Shown here piece after piece: positions 12,757 to 24,610 of a stretch of 64,000 bases of DNA; positions within the stretch are counted from its first letter, which is position 1, and every line of letters begins with the position of its first letter. The DNA is taken from positions 1,178,001 to 1,242,000 of the forward strand of contig OZ287087.1 in the NCBI GenBank assembly GCA_965645245.1, given 5' to 3'. Made by a program: the position numbers and the translations under genes. The stretch comes from Massalongia carnosa (Eukaryota). The notes under the pieces are model-generated. The model had not been told where the DNA came from. It ran no database searches and worked only from the letters and a program-made list of their open reading frames with translations.

Positions 12757-13468
12757 GTAAATAACAATATATATGTTAAATATGAATATTTTACTGAAAA
12801 GATTAAATATTCAAGACTTTTGAAAATCTGACTGGATTTGATGAAGTTATTCATTTCAAAATTTGAAATTTTGAAAAGTCAGTAACGCAAAAAACATTAT
12901 ATATGTTAAATACGCAAAATTGAATCAAAATCTTAAATCTTCATGAATTTTGAAAATGAGGTATGATTTGATGAAGTTATTCAAGAAAAGAATATTAATT
13001 ATTACAAAAATATCGAAATTTAAAATTGAAATTTTGAAAAACAAATAACGTAACAATCGATGATGATGATGATGATGAATTTATACTCCGATATGACACC
13101 GGCCGTAGGCTGGCCCATGGGGGCAAAGCTATCTATGGTATGTTACATGGATAACCTTTCACAGATGTGAAAATAATATCTCATGATATTCGTTCGATAC
13201 GATTTCGAGTCGTCATCGAGCAGAAAACGCAGAGCAAAAAAATGTGAAACAGTGATTGCTTATAATGTGAAAATGAAAAGAAGTTCAACTATTGTTGATT
13301 GTACAATATTGTTGATTCTAGTGAAAATTGAATCAATAAGTCTGTTTTAATTAGTTAAGCAGTTAATATCTTCAGAATTTTTGATGATTCGATCAGTTGT
13401 TGATAGTCGTTCGTGTCGACGACGAGAAACTTCTGTTCTCTGTTGTCAATAAATCTGCAGAACATGAT

Positions 13469-14192
13469 TAGGGTGGCCGTTGGGTTGGGTTTAGGACAAA
13501 GTTGATGTCCTAGTCCGTCCGTTGGACCCCAACAGGGTTGGACAAATTCGGCCTAGTTGTCAAACCCTAGGACGTTTGTCCGTTGGGTTGCCCTACTCGA
13601 TTACTCCCGAACGAACATCAATACAGTTCATTATCTGCATCTACATCTAAATTATCATCTACTGACTACTCTTTAGAGAGAATTTATGAAATTATAGACC
13701 TCATCAGGCGCATTCTAATAATGCAAAAATCATCAACAACGAATCGCTTTTGATAACGTTATGATGGATAGAAGTTGAAATGATCAGAAATATTGCGCCC
13801 GGTGAACGGAGGTGGTGCAAATTGCTCACCGGGCGCAATATTTCTGATCATTTCAACTTCTATCCATTATAAAGTTATCAAAAGCGATTCATTTTTGATG
13901 ATTTTTGAATCATTTGAATACGCCTGATAAGGTATATAATTTCATATTTTATATTTATATAGTAGTTAGTAGGTGATTTTACAAATTTATATGCAGATAA
14001 TGAACTGTTTTGATGTTCAACGTAAGTTCTTTTCTTATCTAAGCTTAGGACATGCCCTTTTAGGGTTGGGTTGGGCGTGGGACAAACGACATGTCCGGTC
14101 AACCCTAGTGGACATTATTTATGTCCGAAATTGTCTATTGGGTTGGGTTGGGAGCACTATTATGGTTACAACCCAACCCATCGGTCACTCTA
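13469..14192. mobile_element. 724-bp non-autonomous hAT-like MITE
   Basis: TIRs TAGGGTGGCCGTTGGGTTGGGTT / AACCCAACCCATCGGTCACTCTA. 8-bp TSD AACATGAT/AACAAGAT. Uninterrupted LINE copies read GAACATGATTACATG here. Confidence 0.88.
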
Positions 14193-17100
14193 AACAAGAT
14201 TACATGTTCTGAAATTTGTCTGTGTCAATCACATGAACAGATCGATGAAATGACGAAAAGCATTCGTCGCTTGTAAAGAAAGTCAGTTAATTCGATCTTG
14301 TCAATGCGAATTTGTGTTGTTAAAGCGCTTTTGTCTTTTTTAACTGCGTGTGTATTTTCGGTCGTTTCTTGCTCAATGAAACTAATTGTATTATAAAGAA
14401 TTCGATGACGCGATTTTGATATGCGCATCATGAATCGTTTCAGATTTTCGGTTGTCGTGCTTCGATTGCTTGCATCTGTTTATGTCGAATTGTAGTCGCA
14501 ACGATATCTTCGCGATATCACGTCGAATAGATTTCGAATCATGATGAGTATGTCTTTGATGAATGAATTATTTTTGAATCGATCAGTAAACCTTTGACTC
14601 AGATGTGCTTCATCTTTCTCGAAGTGAGCTTTTGAAATCATTTGCGATCTGTCTTTCCTCGAAGTTTGTCAGCTATTTTGTTGCATGCGAAGAAGATGAT
14701 TTTTGATTGACCTTCGACTCGGAGTCGATGCCTTTCCTGTGCATGTGAGATGTCGAGATACGTGTCTATGAGCTCTATGAATGTCACTGCTTCTAGTACT
14801 GAGACGAGAGTGACTTTAAAGACATCGATTATGATGTGAAGACAATTGTTTTGCATGACGAAAAACTTGCTCGTTGACGTTTTTGACTTTTTGACTTTCT
14901 TGAGCATATGTCATACGATTGATTCATATGTCATAATCGATCGCATCTCGACATTATAGACTTGTCTAGTCTTGACGAAAATGACACTTCAGATCGATGT
15001 GAAAATTTTTGTCAATGTCATGAATTGTTTGATTATTTTCTCTTGCGTTTTGCGTACGTGCGATCCTTATTTAAATTTGATTTCAATTTGCAGGCTCAAT
15101 ATTCGTATGTTCGTTTTTGATTCAATTTCGATGCTAGCAATGTTGATAGATGCAGTCATGTTGAATTTTTTGAGATTTTTGAACACTTAAATTGTGCGTT
15201 ATTCGTTGATATAAAATCGTGTCAAACGCGTCGACGACGTTCATACTTAACAGTGTTATTATTTTATCTTTTTTCTGTTCTCAAATCGTGTGAACCTGTT
15301 CAGTTAACAGTTTCAGTGCTGACTTTATGAACTGTTCTTTCTTGCTCTCATCTGTGCGTCTAGTAATAATCGATGAGTTTTCGCTAAATAAATTATTTTC
15401 GATTCAATGATGAATTTTATAACTTTACTGAGCGTGTTGAGCAGTGCAATTGATCGACAAGCTTTCGATTTTGTATAATCTTCTTTGTCTGATTTTTTCA
15501 GCGTTATTCTATTTGTCACTTTGAAGATTCGCGAATGATACGAATATGTGACGCAGGCCTGAAACAGAAATGTTAATAATTCGACAAATTTTTCACTGCA
15601 TACTTTGAATATTTTGTTAAATATGCCGTCTGAGCTCGATGTCTTATCGGACTTGAATCGATTCAGAGTCGACGATACTTTCGATTTGATTATGATTATT
15701 GAACAGTACGGCGATGTAGAATAGAAGAACCCTTTTATGTCGCTTAAATCGACTGATGATGATGCGAGAAAAAAGAGGCCTTTCAGCATTTCGACTTTTT
15801 GATCGAACGTGTCTGTTACTTTATCATTGAATTTTAGCATTGACATTTTCAATACTTCTTTAAATAAATAACTTTTGTCTTTGATTCATTTTATTAATCG
15901 TCATAGTCTTTGAAACGTTTCGATGATTTTATTGATTTTTTGACGAAAGTTTGTTTTCTTTGTCTTTTGAAAAATTTTCTGTTTTTTGTCATTGAATTTC
16001 ATATAATTAAATCAGTTCGTTAGATTTAGCGTGCTAGATCATATGCGACGTAATTTTCGTGTGACTTTGATGACAGTGCTGCATTCTTCAATTCAAAAGA
16101 GCTCAACATATTCGCTGAGCTTTGCTCATGAAACGACTTCGTTGATGATCTTTTGTAGAAATTTTTGAATCGATTTCGTGTACGCATCAATTTCGACAGT
16201 AATGCGAAAAGATTTCGATGCAAATGCGTGACGTTCGATTTCTTTTAATTTTTTCAGATTTAAAAGTTTTCATGTTCTGCGTTTGATTTTCGATTGCGAT
16301 TCGCTCTCGAGTAAAATGCGAATTGATATCGAAACATGATCAAATGATTAATTTAATTCTGATCTGAACATGCAGTGTTCGAGTCTTTCAACTAAATATT
16401 CTGACATGAAAATCAAATTTATCGTTTTAAACGTGTTTCTTGCTTTTCATGTTACGATGTCTTTCGACAGTGTCAACGAGAGATTGTGATCATCGATTAT
16501 TTTTAATAATTTATCAGCAGCAGCGTGTTGTTTGAGTATTGAGAAATCATTTCAAATGAAATGATGCAGATTGAAATCATCAAGTAATATGTGATGCGCA
16601 TCGACGATAAGCATGCTTGGAGAGGTCGATAAAGTAGTGAGATTATTTGATAATGAATGAAAGACGAAAGAGAGATTATACACATTATGAACGTGAATTG
16701 TTTTCATGATGTCTTTGACTTAGATTTTTATTTTCAAAGTGCGCATGTCGATAGAGAAGTATTTCATTTTTCAGCTGTCAGTATCTATTAAATCGTTGAT
16801 ATAAAAGCACACTCTGATGTCACTTTCCGAGCGATATAGAAAATGAAAGTCGCTTTGATGAAAACTGAGCGATGTGAAAACAAATGAATTTCGTCACGAT
16901 TCCTGTATTGCAATAATATTATAATTCTGAATGTTTGTGTCTGTTAAGAGAGATATCATAGTATTCACTCTGTTATTTCTGACATCATACTGCAATATAA
17001 AGAGATATTTTGTATCTTTCATAGAATTTTCATCGTTTCGATAACTGTGTTTGATGTGATCTGAGTTTCTGTCGTTAATGCTACGAAATCTGCACGAAAT

Positions 17101-18097
17101 CTTTTCAGTACTGATTTTGCTAAGATCTTTATCATATTTTCTGGATTCATGATGTCTATATTAGCTCAGATGATTACGTCTTCTTTTCGATGAAAACTCG
17201 AAAATGAATCGAATGATGACGTGATACTATGTAGTTTTCTCCTCTTGTAGTTTACTATATTTCACGTTGACGAGATTTCGTTCGTTTGTGTGACTGTAAG
17301 TGTCGATTCTTGTTGAAGTTAAAATTGAAATGTGAACGACTGTGATTCGATTGCGTAAAGAAAAGCGCGATTTTGCATTGTTATTTCAGTTTTTCGCTTT
17401 TTAGCTTTTCAGACTTTGCATGCTGTGAATCATGCTTCGTGTTTCTTTTTTTCGCATACGACGCAGCGACGATACTGTTCTGTTGTCTTTAGATTGCATT
17501 CTTTGCTTTGATGTTTATCGACGTAATGATCACAGGCGACGAGATTGCGACATGATTTATCGATGTGATCTTAATTTTAAAAGTTGAAGTATTGATTCAT
17601 GATGCAATCACGTGTAAAGCGCTCGCAATTCTTTATTTCGTAACTTTTCATTAAATTCTCGATGATTAATCGATTAATCATCTCGACGATGACGATCTTT
17701 ATATGAAACGTCGAATACGCTTTTTTCTTTCTGATGATCTTGATTGATCAGATTATTTTTACGATCTTCAAATTAAAGTGCAGAGGTGTGTTAGCGATCT
17801 GCAGATGAATGATGACTGTTGATTGATTGATCACTTTAATGTTTTTTATTTTTATTTCATTCGTTCTTACGATGTAAATGCGAGTGTGCATCGCAGTTGA
17901 AACGATCATCATGCGAGTTTAATCGATCTTCTTTTGCAGAAACTTCTTTGCTTTCAATGATTCGACTTGTATTTTGATGTCGTCGTTTAACAGTCGCGAT
18001 ATTTATATTATTTCTTCAACTTCATTTTGTAATGTTGTTATCAACTTCTTGATTGACATTAATTTTATTTTATTCTTGATCGCATCTTTCGTGATGT

Positions 18098-18566
18098 TGT
18101 CAGGGCATAGAAGGAATAAGGGCTAAGCTAACTAAGCGGGGCTTAGTTCTACGGCTAGGCTTAGTCATATGGAAAGCAGTTGGTCTGCGTTACGCGGTTG
18201 GTATCCACTGCCGAGAGTATAGTACGAGCGATCGAGATATACGAGGATGCTCGTACGACAAGTGAGCGGATGGTACGATACAGTCAGCAAAGTGTCCACG
18301 ATGCAGTCAGCAGAGTGTTTAGCCGGCTTATCCGGTAGGAGTAATGGGCGGTCAAGATAGTTACAGTATCAAGGGCCCAGAGGGTCAAGGGCTTCGGTCC
18401 GGGTATATAAGGAGGCTGCTCGAGGGAGATGCGATCTTCAACGATTAGTCTTCCGCTTTACCTACATACTTCTTTTAGTATATTAGTATAACAAATCATT
18501 AGTGTCTTCACATTGTCACATATCCCTTGGCCTGGTGTCTGATAATCGCCAGGTCTGACTCTTACA
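18098..18566 (+). repeat. Gypsy 5' LTR (469 bp)
   Basis: TGTCAGGG...CTTACA, with TATATAA at 18404-18410 and two 23-bp internal repeats. Confidence 0.95.
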
Positions 18567-18643
18567 ATTCTAATCGTTCTATCCTTCAAGGAGTGACGAT
18601 CCGTTGACACATTTATACACCTTCTATACACTATCGTCCTACC

Positions 18644-19872
18644 ATGTCCGCGCAAGAAGTTGCCTCTGATACCCTGATGCCGGAGGAGCGGATCGAAGAA
18701 CTTTCGGATTCTGAGGGCCCTGGAAGAGGAGCCCTGACCCCAATGGAAAAAGTAGTCGAACCCATTCAACCCCTGACGTTGGACGAACAGATAGCGCAAG
18801 CTGAGCGCAGGCGTAGCGAACTTAAGAAGGAAGTACGTCTGAGGAATTTGAAAGCCAGTATTGAGCAACTCAAAAGCCTTCGAAACCTCCAAACCCTACC
18901 GGATCATCCAAGGAACCGGTAATGAGAGGAGCCGTTAACCCTCGTTCTGACGACAATGTAGAGATGACGAGTAGCCAGTCAGTACCTGTTGTTGTTTACA
19001 GGAGACGCGCTGCTAGACCCGAGAAAGTCAGTCCCTATCAAGGAAAAACGGTCAAGGAACATCTGGATTATGAGCGGAACTGCAGAGTGGCGTTTCGCGT
19101 GGCAAAAGAGGATTTCCCAGATGATGAATCCAAGATCGCTTTCGCAATGCAATCGCTGGAAGGGGAGCCTAAGGAAGCTTGGCATCGATATGAGGCAGAC
19201 GGTGAAATGCAAAATTATACCTTCGAAGAGTACTTGAAATTCTTGTTAAATATTGTCGAGGACCCAGTTAATCGAGGTCTGCATATGGCCCAATTATTTG
19301 CCGAAGCCAAGCAAGGAGAGAAGCAAACGGTAAGAGCTTTCGAGGCATACTTGAGTAGCCTCGAGGACCAGTTGCCCTCCTATACCGAAGAACAAAGAGC
19401 GACTCATCTGTTTACTAAGTTGCGGCCGTCTATTAGAGCAGCTATAGGCAACTATCAGAATATTCCAAGGACTAGAGAAGCTCTGGTGACTCTGGCCAGT
19501 AGGCTGGAAAACAATCAGAAAAGAGAAAACGATATCTTAACGACGTCGAAGCATGAGCGTCCAAATGTTTCTCACCCCCCTCGCACTAAATCACATAGAG
19601 ATAAGAGGAACGAGGAGATAAAGGACACTGACAAACCAAAACCTACGAAAGACGGTAAAAGGGGTCAGAAAAGAAAGCATGCTGAGACAAAGGAAAGTAC
19701 CGACGAGGTGACATGTTATCGCTGCGGAGAACAGGGTCACTACTACAACAAGTGTCCCAACCCTCCTAAAGACGACAAGGAGCCGAAGCACGGTGTGAAC
19801 GCCGTCGCAAAGTCGGGAAAAGCCAAACATCCACGGAAAGCTCGCCAGCCGATGGAGGGAAACGATCAGTAG
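18644..19872 (+). CDS. gag: Gypsy Gag (split into 92-aa and 316-aa ORFs at a TAATG overlap)
   Basis: Retrotransposon capsid-like region and CYRCGEQGHYYNKC knuckle in ORF 18922-19872. Confidence 0.85.
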
Positions 19873-22800
19873 AAAGCGAGCCAAGCCTATTTCCTGAGGG
19901 GACTATAACGAGGGGAGTCCAAAAATACCCGGCGACAGTGTTGCTTGATGGAGCAGTCGAGATTAATGTGACTAATCAGGGATTCGCCGTCGCTTCAGAT
20001 CTTAGACCTATTGAAAGCGAACTACCTGCTCCTCAATTCATGGATGGTAAAGAGGTTTACTGCTATCGAGCTTATGAGGTAGTAATGGCTCTCGAGGATA
20101 CTTGGCAGCGACATCGCACCTTTACCAGCGTGTTTTACGCAATTGACAAACAGGGCCCTGACTTGGTGTTGGGTCTCCATTGTCTCAAACAGCTGGGTAT
20201 CGTAATCGATTATGGAGCGAAGCGCTGGCGTTATGGCTTTCAGTCTGATATGTTCGAGTTGTGCAAGCCTAAACAGTTTGCGAAGACCCTGGATTCCGAG
20301 GCACCACTCTATGCTATAGTGGCTCAACCCAATGCACCTTCTTCCGAAAGACAACCTGTTAATGTTGGCGCTGTTGATGAGAACAACAGCCAGAACACCA
20401 ACGAAACGCAGGGGATACCTGTGGAATTTGCTGAATTCCAGGATGTTTTTTCTAAGGACAGAGCCAATCAATTAGCTACGCACAAGGACTGTGACAACGC
20501 TATCGATTTAGAAGGCGGTGATCCACCTTATGGTCCTTTATACAACTTATCGAATACGGAACTTAAGACTCTTCGGGAATATCTTGACGACGCCCTGGCG
20601 AAGGGTTGGATCCGGCACTCCACCAGTTCTGCAGGTGCACCAATACTATTTGTGCCTAAGAAGGACGGTACTCTGCGCCTCTGCGTTGACTATCGAGGAT
20701 TGAATAAGGTGACCAAAAAGAATCGTCATCCGCTCCCTCTTATCACGCAGATACTGGATCAGTTAAACGGGTGTTCCTATTTTACCAAAATGGATTTGCG
20801 AGATGCTTATCATCTACGAATCCGCAAGGGCGACGAGTGGAAGACGGCATTTCGATCCCGTTACGGACACTACGAGTATATGGTTATGCCTTTTGGATTA
20901 GCCAACGCCCCTGCAACTTTTCAAGCTTACATCAATAAAGCTTTATCTGGGATCGTGGATATTTTCTGCGTAGTCTATCTGGACGATATATTGGTATTTT
21001 CCAAAGATAGAACCAGCCATGTGGAGCATGTTAAAGAGGTGTTACGTCGTCTAAGGAAACACGATCTCTATGCAAATCTTAAAAAGTGCGAGTTCTTTGC
21101 TCCGGCCGTGGAATATATAGGGTTTATCATTAGCAGCGATGGTATCTCCATGGATCCACGCCGGGTTGAAACCGTGCGGGATTGGCCTGCACTTCAGTCC
21201 TTTCGAGAAATTCAGGTCTTTCTAGGGTTCGCCAATTTCTATCGACATTTCATACGTCATTATTCTCAAATCACTAGGCCATTGACTGACATGCTGAAAG
21301 GCATGCAGGCTGGGATAAAAAGGGGTACTTTTTATCTTACGGCCGAAGGAGCGGAAGCGTTTAGCAAGCTGAAAGAAGCCTTTCAGGGCGCGCCCATCTT
21401 GGTTCACTTCGATCCAGAACTGCTCATTCGCCTAGAGACCGATGCATCGGATTTCGGAATCTCTGGCATTATCTCCCAGTTGCAGAAGGATGGGCAATGG
21501 CATCCCGTCGCTTTCTACACGCGGAAGATGATACCGGCCGAGCGCAACTATGAAACCCATGATCAAGAGTTGCTGGCCATTGTGATGTGTTTTAAACACT
21601 GGAGGCATTACCTGGAGGGTAGCCTGCACCCCGTTGAGGTCCTGACAGACCACAACAATTTGAGGGGTTTTATGAATATTAAGGTGTTGAGTGGTCGGCA
21701 AGCGCGATGGGCTATGAAATTAGCCGCTTATGATTTCGTAATCATGCATCGCTCGGGAAAGACCAATCCTGCCGATGCACCGTCTAGGCGCCCTGATTAT
21801 CAGAGCATCAACACCGTGGTGACGAGATTGTTGCCTACTCTTCAAAAGAAGCTGAGCAAAATAGATTCCTTATGCGTAGGTTATACGCCGGGAATTCGTA
21901 CGGTGCTTGACGCACTTAGGTATGATCTTCGCTCAAAGATAGCTTCGTCCGGGATTGAACCCCTGGAGAATTTAGAGTGTGAAACCTCTAAATCAATTAC
22001 TTCTCTTGACGAAGAGAGTGATACTTTTGAAGTCGGCTTGACGCAATGTATTCCCCGGGCTGTAGCTGTTGCCTTATCAGATGAAGAAAAGCCTTTGGAA
22101 AGTGCTTCCAAGTCAGTGCTTGAACTCATCAAGGCGCTACAGGGGAAAGACGCATTCGTGTCTAGCAGGCGAGAGACCGTTGCTAAGTCTTTGAAGCGCA
22201 AGGGTGGTCGCTCCCCCGAAGCAATTTGGACTATAGATAGCAATGATCTTCTCAATCATCGTGGCAGAATTTACGTGCCCGATGAAGAATCTATTCGTGC
22301 GGAGCTGTTGCGGCGTCATCATGACGACGAGCTCGCGGGTCATTTTGGTGCGGAGAAAACAGCTGAGTTGCTTACCCGCAAATACTATTGGAAAGGACTT
22401 AACAATACTGTGAAGAAGTACACGGAATCCTGCGACATTTGTCAAAGGACGAAGGCGCCTAGGCACCAACCTTACGGGGTTATGCAATCGCTTCCACGTC
22501 CTTCCGGTCCTTGGAAAGAAATCACTATGGATTTCATAACTGGGTTTCCACCTAGCAAGCGTTTCGGCCGGGTTTATGACTCGTGCCTAGTAATTGTGGA
22601 TAGATATACCAAAATGGCGCTATATATCCCGGTTACGAAAAAAATCAATGCAGTGGACCTGGCAGAAATTCTGTTTGAATCGGTAGTATTAAAGTTCGGC
22701 GCTCCTGAGGGCATAGTATCGGATAGAGGGTCGGTCTTTACCAGTGAGTACTGGTCAGAAATTTGTTTTCATTTAAAGACGAAACGCCGGCTTAGCACGG

Positions 22801-23618
22801 CCTTTCACCCTCAAACTGATTGCCAAACCGAACGACAAAACCAGACCCTTGAACACTATTTGAGAGTTTACTGCACTGACAATCAATCCAACTGGGTGGC
22901 ACTATTGCCCCTAGCACAATTTGTCTACCAAGTCAGTTATCAAAGTACGCTTGGGTGCAGCCCCTTTTATTGTATGTACGGCTATAACCCGGAGATTCGC
23001 TACGAAGTCGGGGACGACATCGCTGTGGAGAGGGTGCCCGCTGCGAAAGAACGAGTAAAGCAATTACACGAGTTCAGATATTCTTTAGAGGCACGCTGGA
23101 AAAGCGTATCCGAAGCGCAGGCCAAGTACTACAACAGGAAACATCTTGAGAAAGATTTCAATGAAGGGGACTTGGTAATGTTATCTGCCAAGAATCTAAA
23201 ACAAAAAAGGCCTAGTAAGAAACTTTCACATAAGTTTTTAGGTCCTTTTCGCATTCTAGAAGCAGTCGGCAAGCAGGCGTATCGTCTTGCTCTTCCTACG
23301 ACTTATAGAATTCACCCGGTCTTTCATGTCTCTTACCTAAAACCTTACAAGCGAAGAGATGGTCAAGAGCATATACCGTTTCTACCCCCACCTGAAATTA
23401 TTAACGATGAACAGGAATGGGAAGTGGAAGAAATTATAGGTAGAAGGTCTGAGAAAGGGGAAATATTCTATAAGGTAAAATGGGTAGGATACCCTGAAGA
23501 ATATGATGAGTGGGTACCAGAGAAAGATCTGGATGGAGCCTTAGAACTGAAGCAGGATTTCGATGCAAAGCCGAAAGCAAAGCGCAGGCGAATCAAGAAA
23601 CTACAGGTTACTCGCTGA
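19821..23618 (+). CDS. pol: Gypsy Pol: protease (degenerate LLDG), RT, RNase H, integrase, chromodomain; -1 frame relative to gag
   Basis: Motifs YLDD, ETDASD, HH..CC zinc, DFITG/SDRG/QTER, GPF and WEVEEII..YKVKWVGY chromodomain. The frame is open from 19821. Confidence 0.95.
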   Translation, partial: SQTSTESSPADGGKRSVESEPSLFPEGTITRGVQKYPATVLLDGAVEINVTNQGFAVASDLRPIESELPAPQFMDGKEVYCYRAYEVVMALEDTWQRHRTFTSVFYAIDKQGPDLVLGLHCLKQLGIVIDYGAKRWRYGFQSDMFELCKPKQFAKTLDSEAPLYAIVAQPNAPSSERQPVNVGAVDENNSQNTNETQGIPVEFAEFQDVFSKDRANQLATHKDCDNAIDLEGGDPPYGPLYNLSNTELKTLREYLDDALAKGWIRHSTSSAGAPILFVPKKDGTLRLCVDYRGLNKVTKKNRHPLPLITQILDQLNGCSYFTKMDLRDAYHLRIRKGDEWKTAFRSRYGHYEYMVMPFGLANAPATFQAYINKALSGIVDIFCVVYLDDILVFSKDRTSHVEHVKEVLRRLRKHDLYANLKKCEFFAPAVEYIGFIISSDGISMDPRRVETVRDWPALQSFREIQVFLGFANFYRHFIRHYSQITRPLTDMLKGMQAGIKRGTFYLTAEGAEAFSKLKEAFQGAPILVHFDPELLIRLETDASDFGISGIISQLQKDGQWHPVAFYTRKMIPAERNYETHDQELLAIVMCFKHWRHYLEGSLHPVEVLTDHNNLRGFMNIKVLSGRQARWAMKLAAYDFVIMHRSGKTNPADAPSRRPDYQSINTVVTRLLPTLQKKLSKIDSLCVGYTPGIRTVLDALRYDLRSKIASSGIEPLENLECETSKSITSLDEESDTFEVGLTQCIPRAVAVALSDEEKPLESASKSVLELIKALQGKDAFVSSRRETVAKSLKRKGGRSPEAIWTIDSNDLLNHRGRIYVPDEESIRAELLRRHHDDELAGHFGAEKTAELLTRKYYWKGLNNTVKKYTESCDICQRTKAPRHQPYGVMQSLPRPSGPWKEITMDFITGFPPSKRFGRVYDSCLVIVDRYTKMALYIPVTKKINAVDLAEILFESVVLKFGAPEGIVSDRGSVFTSEYWSEICFHLKTKRRLSTAFHPQTDCQTERQNQTLEHYLRVYCTDNQSNWVALLPLAQFVYQVSYQSTLGCSPFYCMYGYNPEIRYEVGDDIAVERVPAAKERVKQLHEFRYSLEARWKSVSEAQAKYYNRKHLEKDFNEGDLVMLSAKNLKQKRPSKKLSHKFLGPFRILEAVGKQAYRLALPTTYRIHPVFHVSYLKPYKRRDGQEHIPFLPPPEIINDEQEWEVEEIIGRRSEKGEIFYKVKWVGYPEEYDEWVPEKDLDGALELKQDFDAKPKAKRRRIKKLQVTR

Positions 23619-24095
23619 ATCCAGCGAAACCCTTCTTATTCGCCATCTCATCACCATCGGAACCTTCTGCTTTCTCGTCCGGCACCTCATCATCACCATC
23701 AGTATCTTCTACTTCCTCGTCCGACTCCTCATCACCCTTTTCTTCCTTGAGACTCTCGCTGGAGGAGCTTTCGGAGACAACAATCTCGTACTCCTCACCG
23801 TCTTCACCTAAATCAACAAACCACCAACGCTAGCGTTACCGAGCTCGGATCTCTGCTGATAATCGCCATCGTCCCCTTCTCCGCTACTTCTAGCGCTCGG
23901 AGCGGCATCGGCGACCCAGCATTACCAAGAAGCTAGTGATATTTACATCTACCTACGTCAAGCGCCAGGTATTCGCGCTTTCTACAAAACAAACTTGCTA
24001 TCTACGCGACATCTTCTATCACGTCCCTACACACTCCCTTCCGCGTTCGAGTACTGTACGTGCTGGAGGACCAGCACTATAGGAGAGGAGGCAAT

Positions 24096-24610
24096 TGTCA
24101 GGGCATAGAAGGAATAAGGGCTAAGCTAACTAAGCGGGGCTTAGTTCTACGGCTAGGCTTAGTCATATGGAAAGCAGTTGGTCTGCGTTACGCGGTTGGC
24201 ATCTACTGCCGAGAGTATAGTACGAGCGATCGAGATATACGAGGATGCTCGTACGACTAGTGAGCGGATGGTACGATACAGTCAGCACAGTGTCAACGAT
24301 ACAGTCAGCACAGTGTTTACGATACAGTCAGCACAGTGTCCACGATGCAGTCAGCAGAGTGTTTAGCCGGCTTATCCGGTAGGAGTAATGGGCGGTCAAG
24401 ATAGTTACAGTATCAAGGGCCCAGAGGGTCAAGGGCTTCGGTCCGGGTATATAAGGAGGCTGCTCGAGGGAGATGCGATCTTCAACGATTAGTCTTCCGC
24501 TTTACCTACATACTTCTTTTAGTATATTAGTATAGCAAATCATTAGTGTCTTCACATTGTCACATATACCTAGGCCTTGTGTCTGATAATCGCCAGCTCT
24601 GACTCTTACA
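24096..24610 (+). repeat. Gypsy 3' LTR (515 bp)
   Basis: Matches the 5' LTR plus two extra 23-bp units (array at 24274-24365). Confidence 0.95.

Larger units (their letters stand above)
5150..13061. repeat. AT-rich 164-bp satellite array with interspersed ~220-bp GC-richer module, interrupted by LINE fragments
   Basis: The equivalent TT(C/T)AAG motif recurs at 5277/5441/5605/5769 and at 8151/8315/8479 (period 164). The module starting (CC)CTAACAGTAGTATTCTCT occurs at ~7932, ~8691 and ~10751, with a partial copy at 5150. Confidence 0.85.
18098..24610 (+). mobile_element. Full-length Ty3/Gypsy chromovirus LTR retrotransposon (left arm only)
   Basis: TG...CA LTRs and 5-bp TSD GATGT (18093-18097, 24611-24615). 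Order gag then PR-RT-RH-IN-chromodomain. Purine tract 24081-24091. Empty site in the right arm near 52985. Confidence 0.97.

Noticed and set aside
13469..14192. GGGTT repeats as interstitial telomere
   Set aside because: They are TGGGT/GGGTT motifs within MITE TIRs and subtermini bounded by an 8-bp TSD, not (TTAGGG)n.
23510..24095. env-like third ORF in the Gypsy element
   Set aside because: Only short Ser-rich or low-complexity frames, with no signal peptide or transmembrane pattern.
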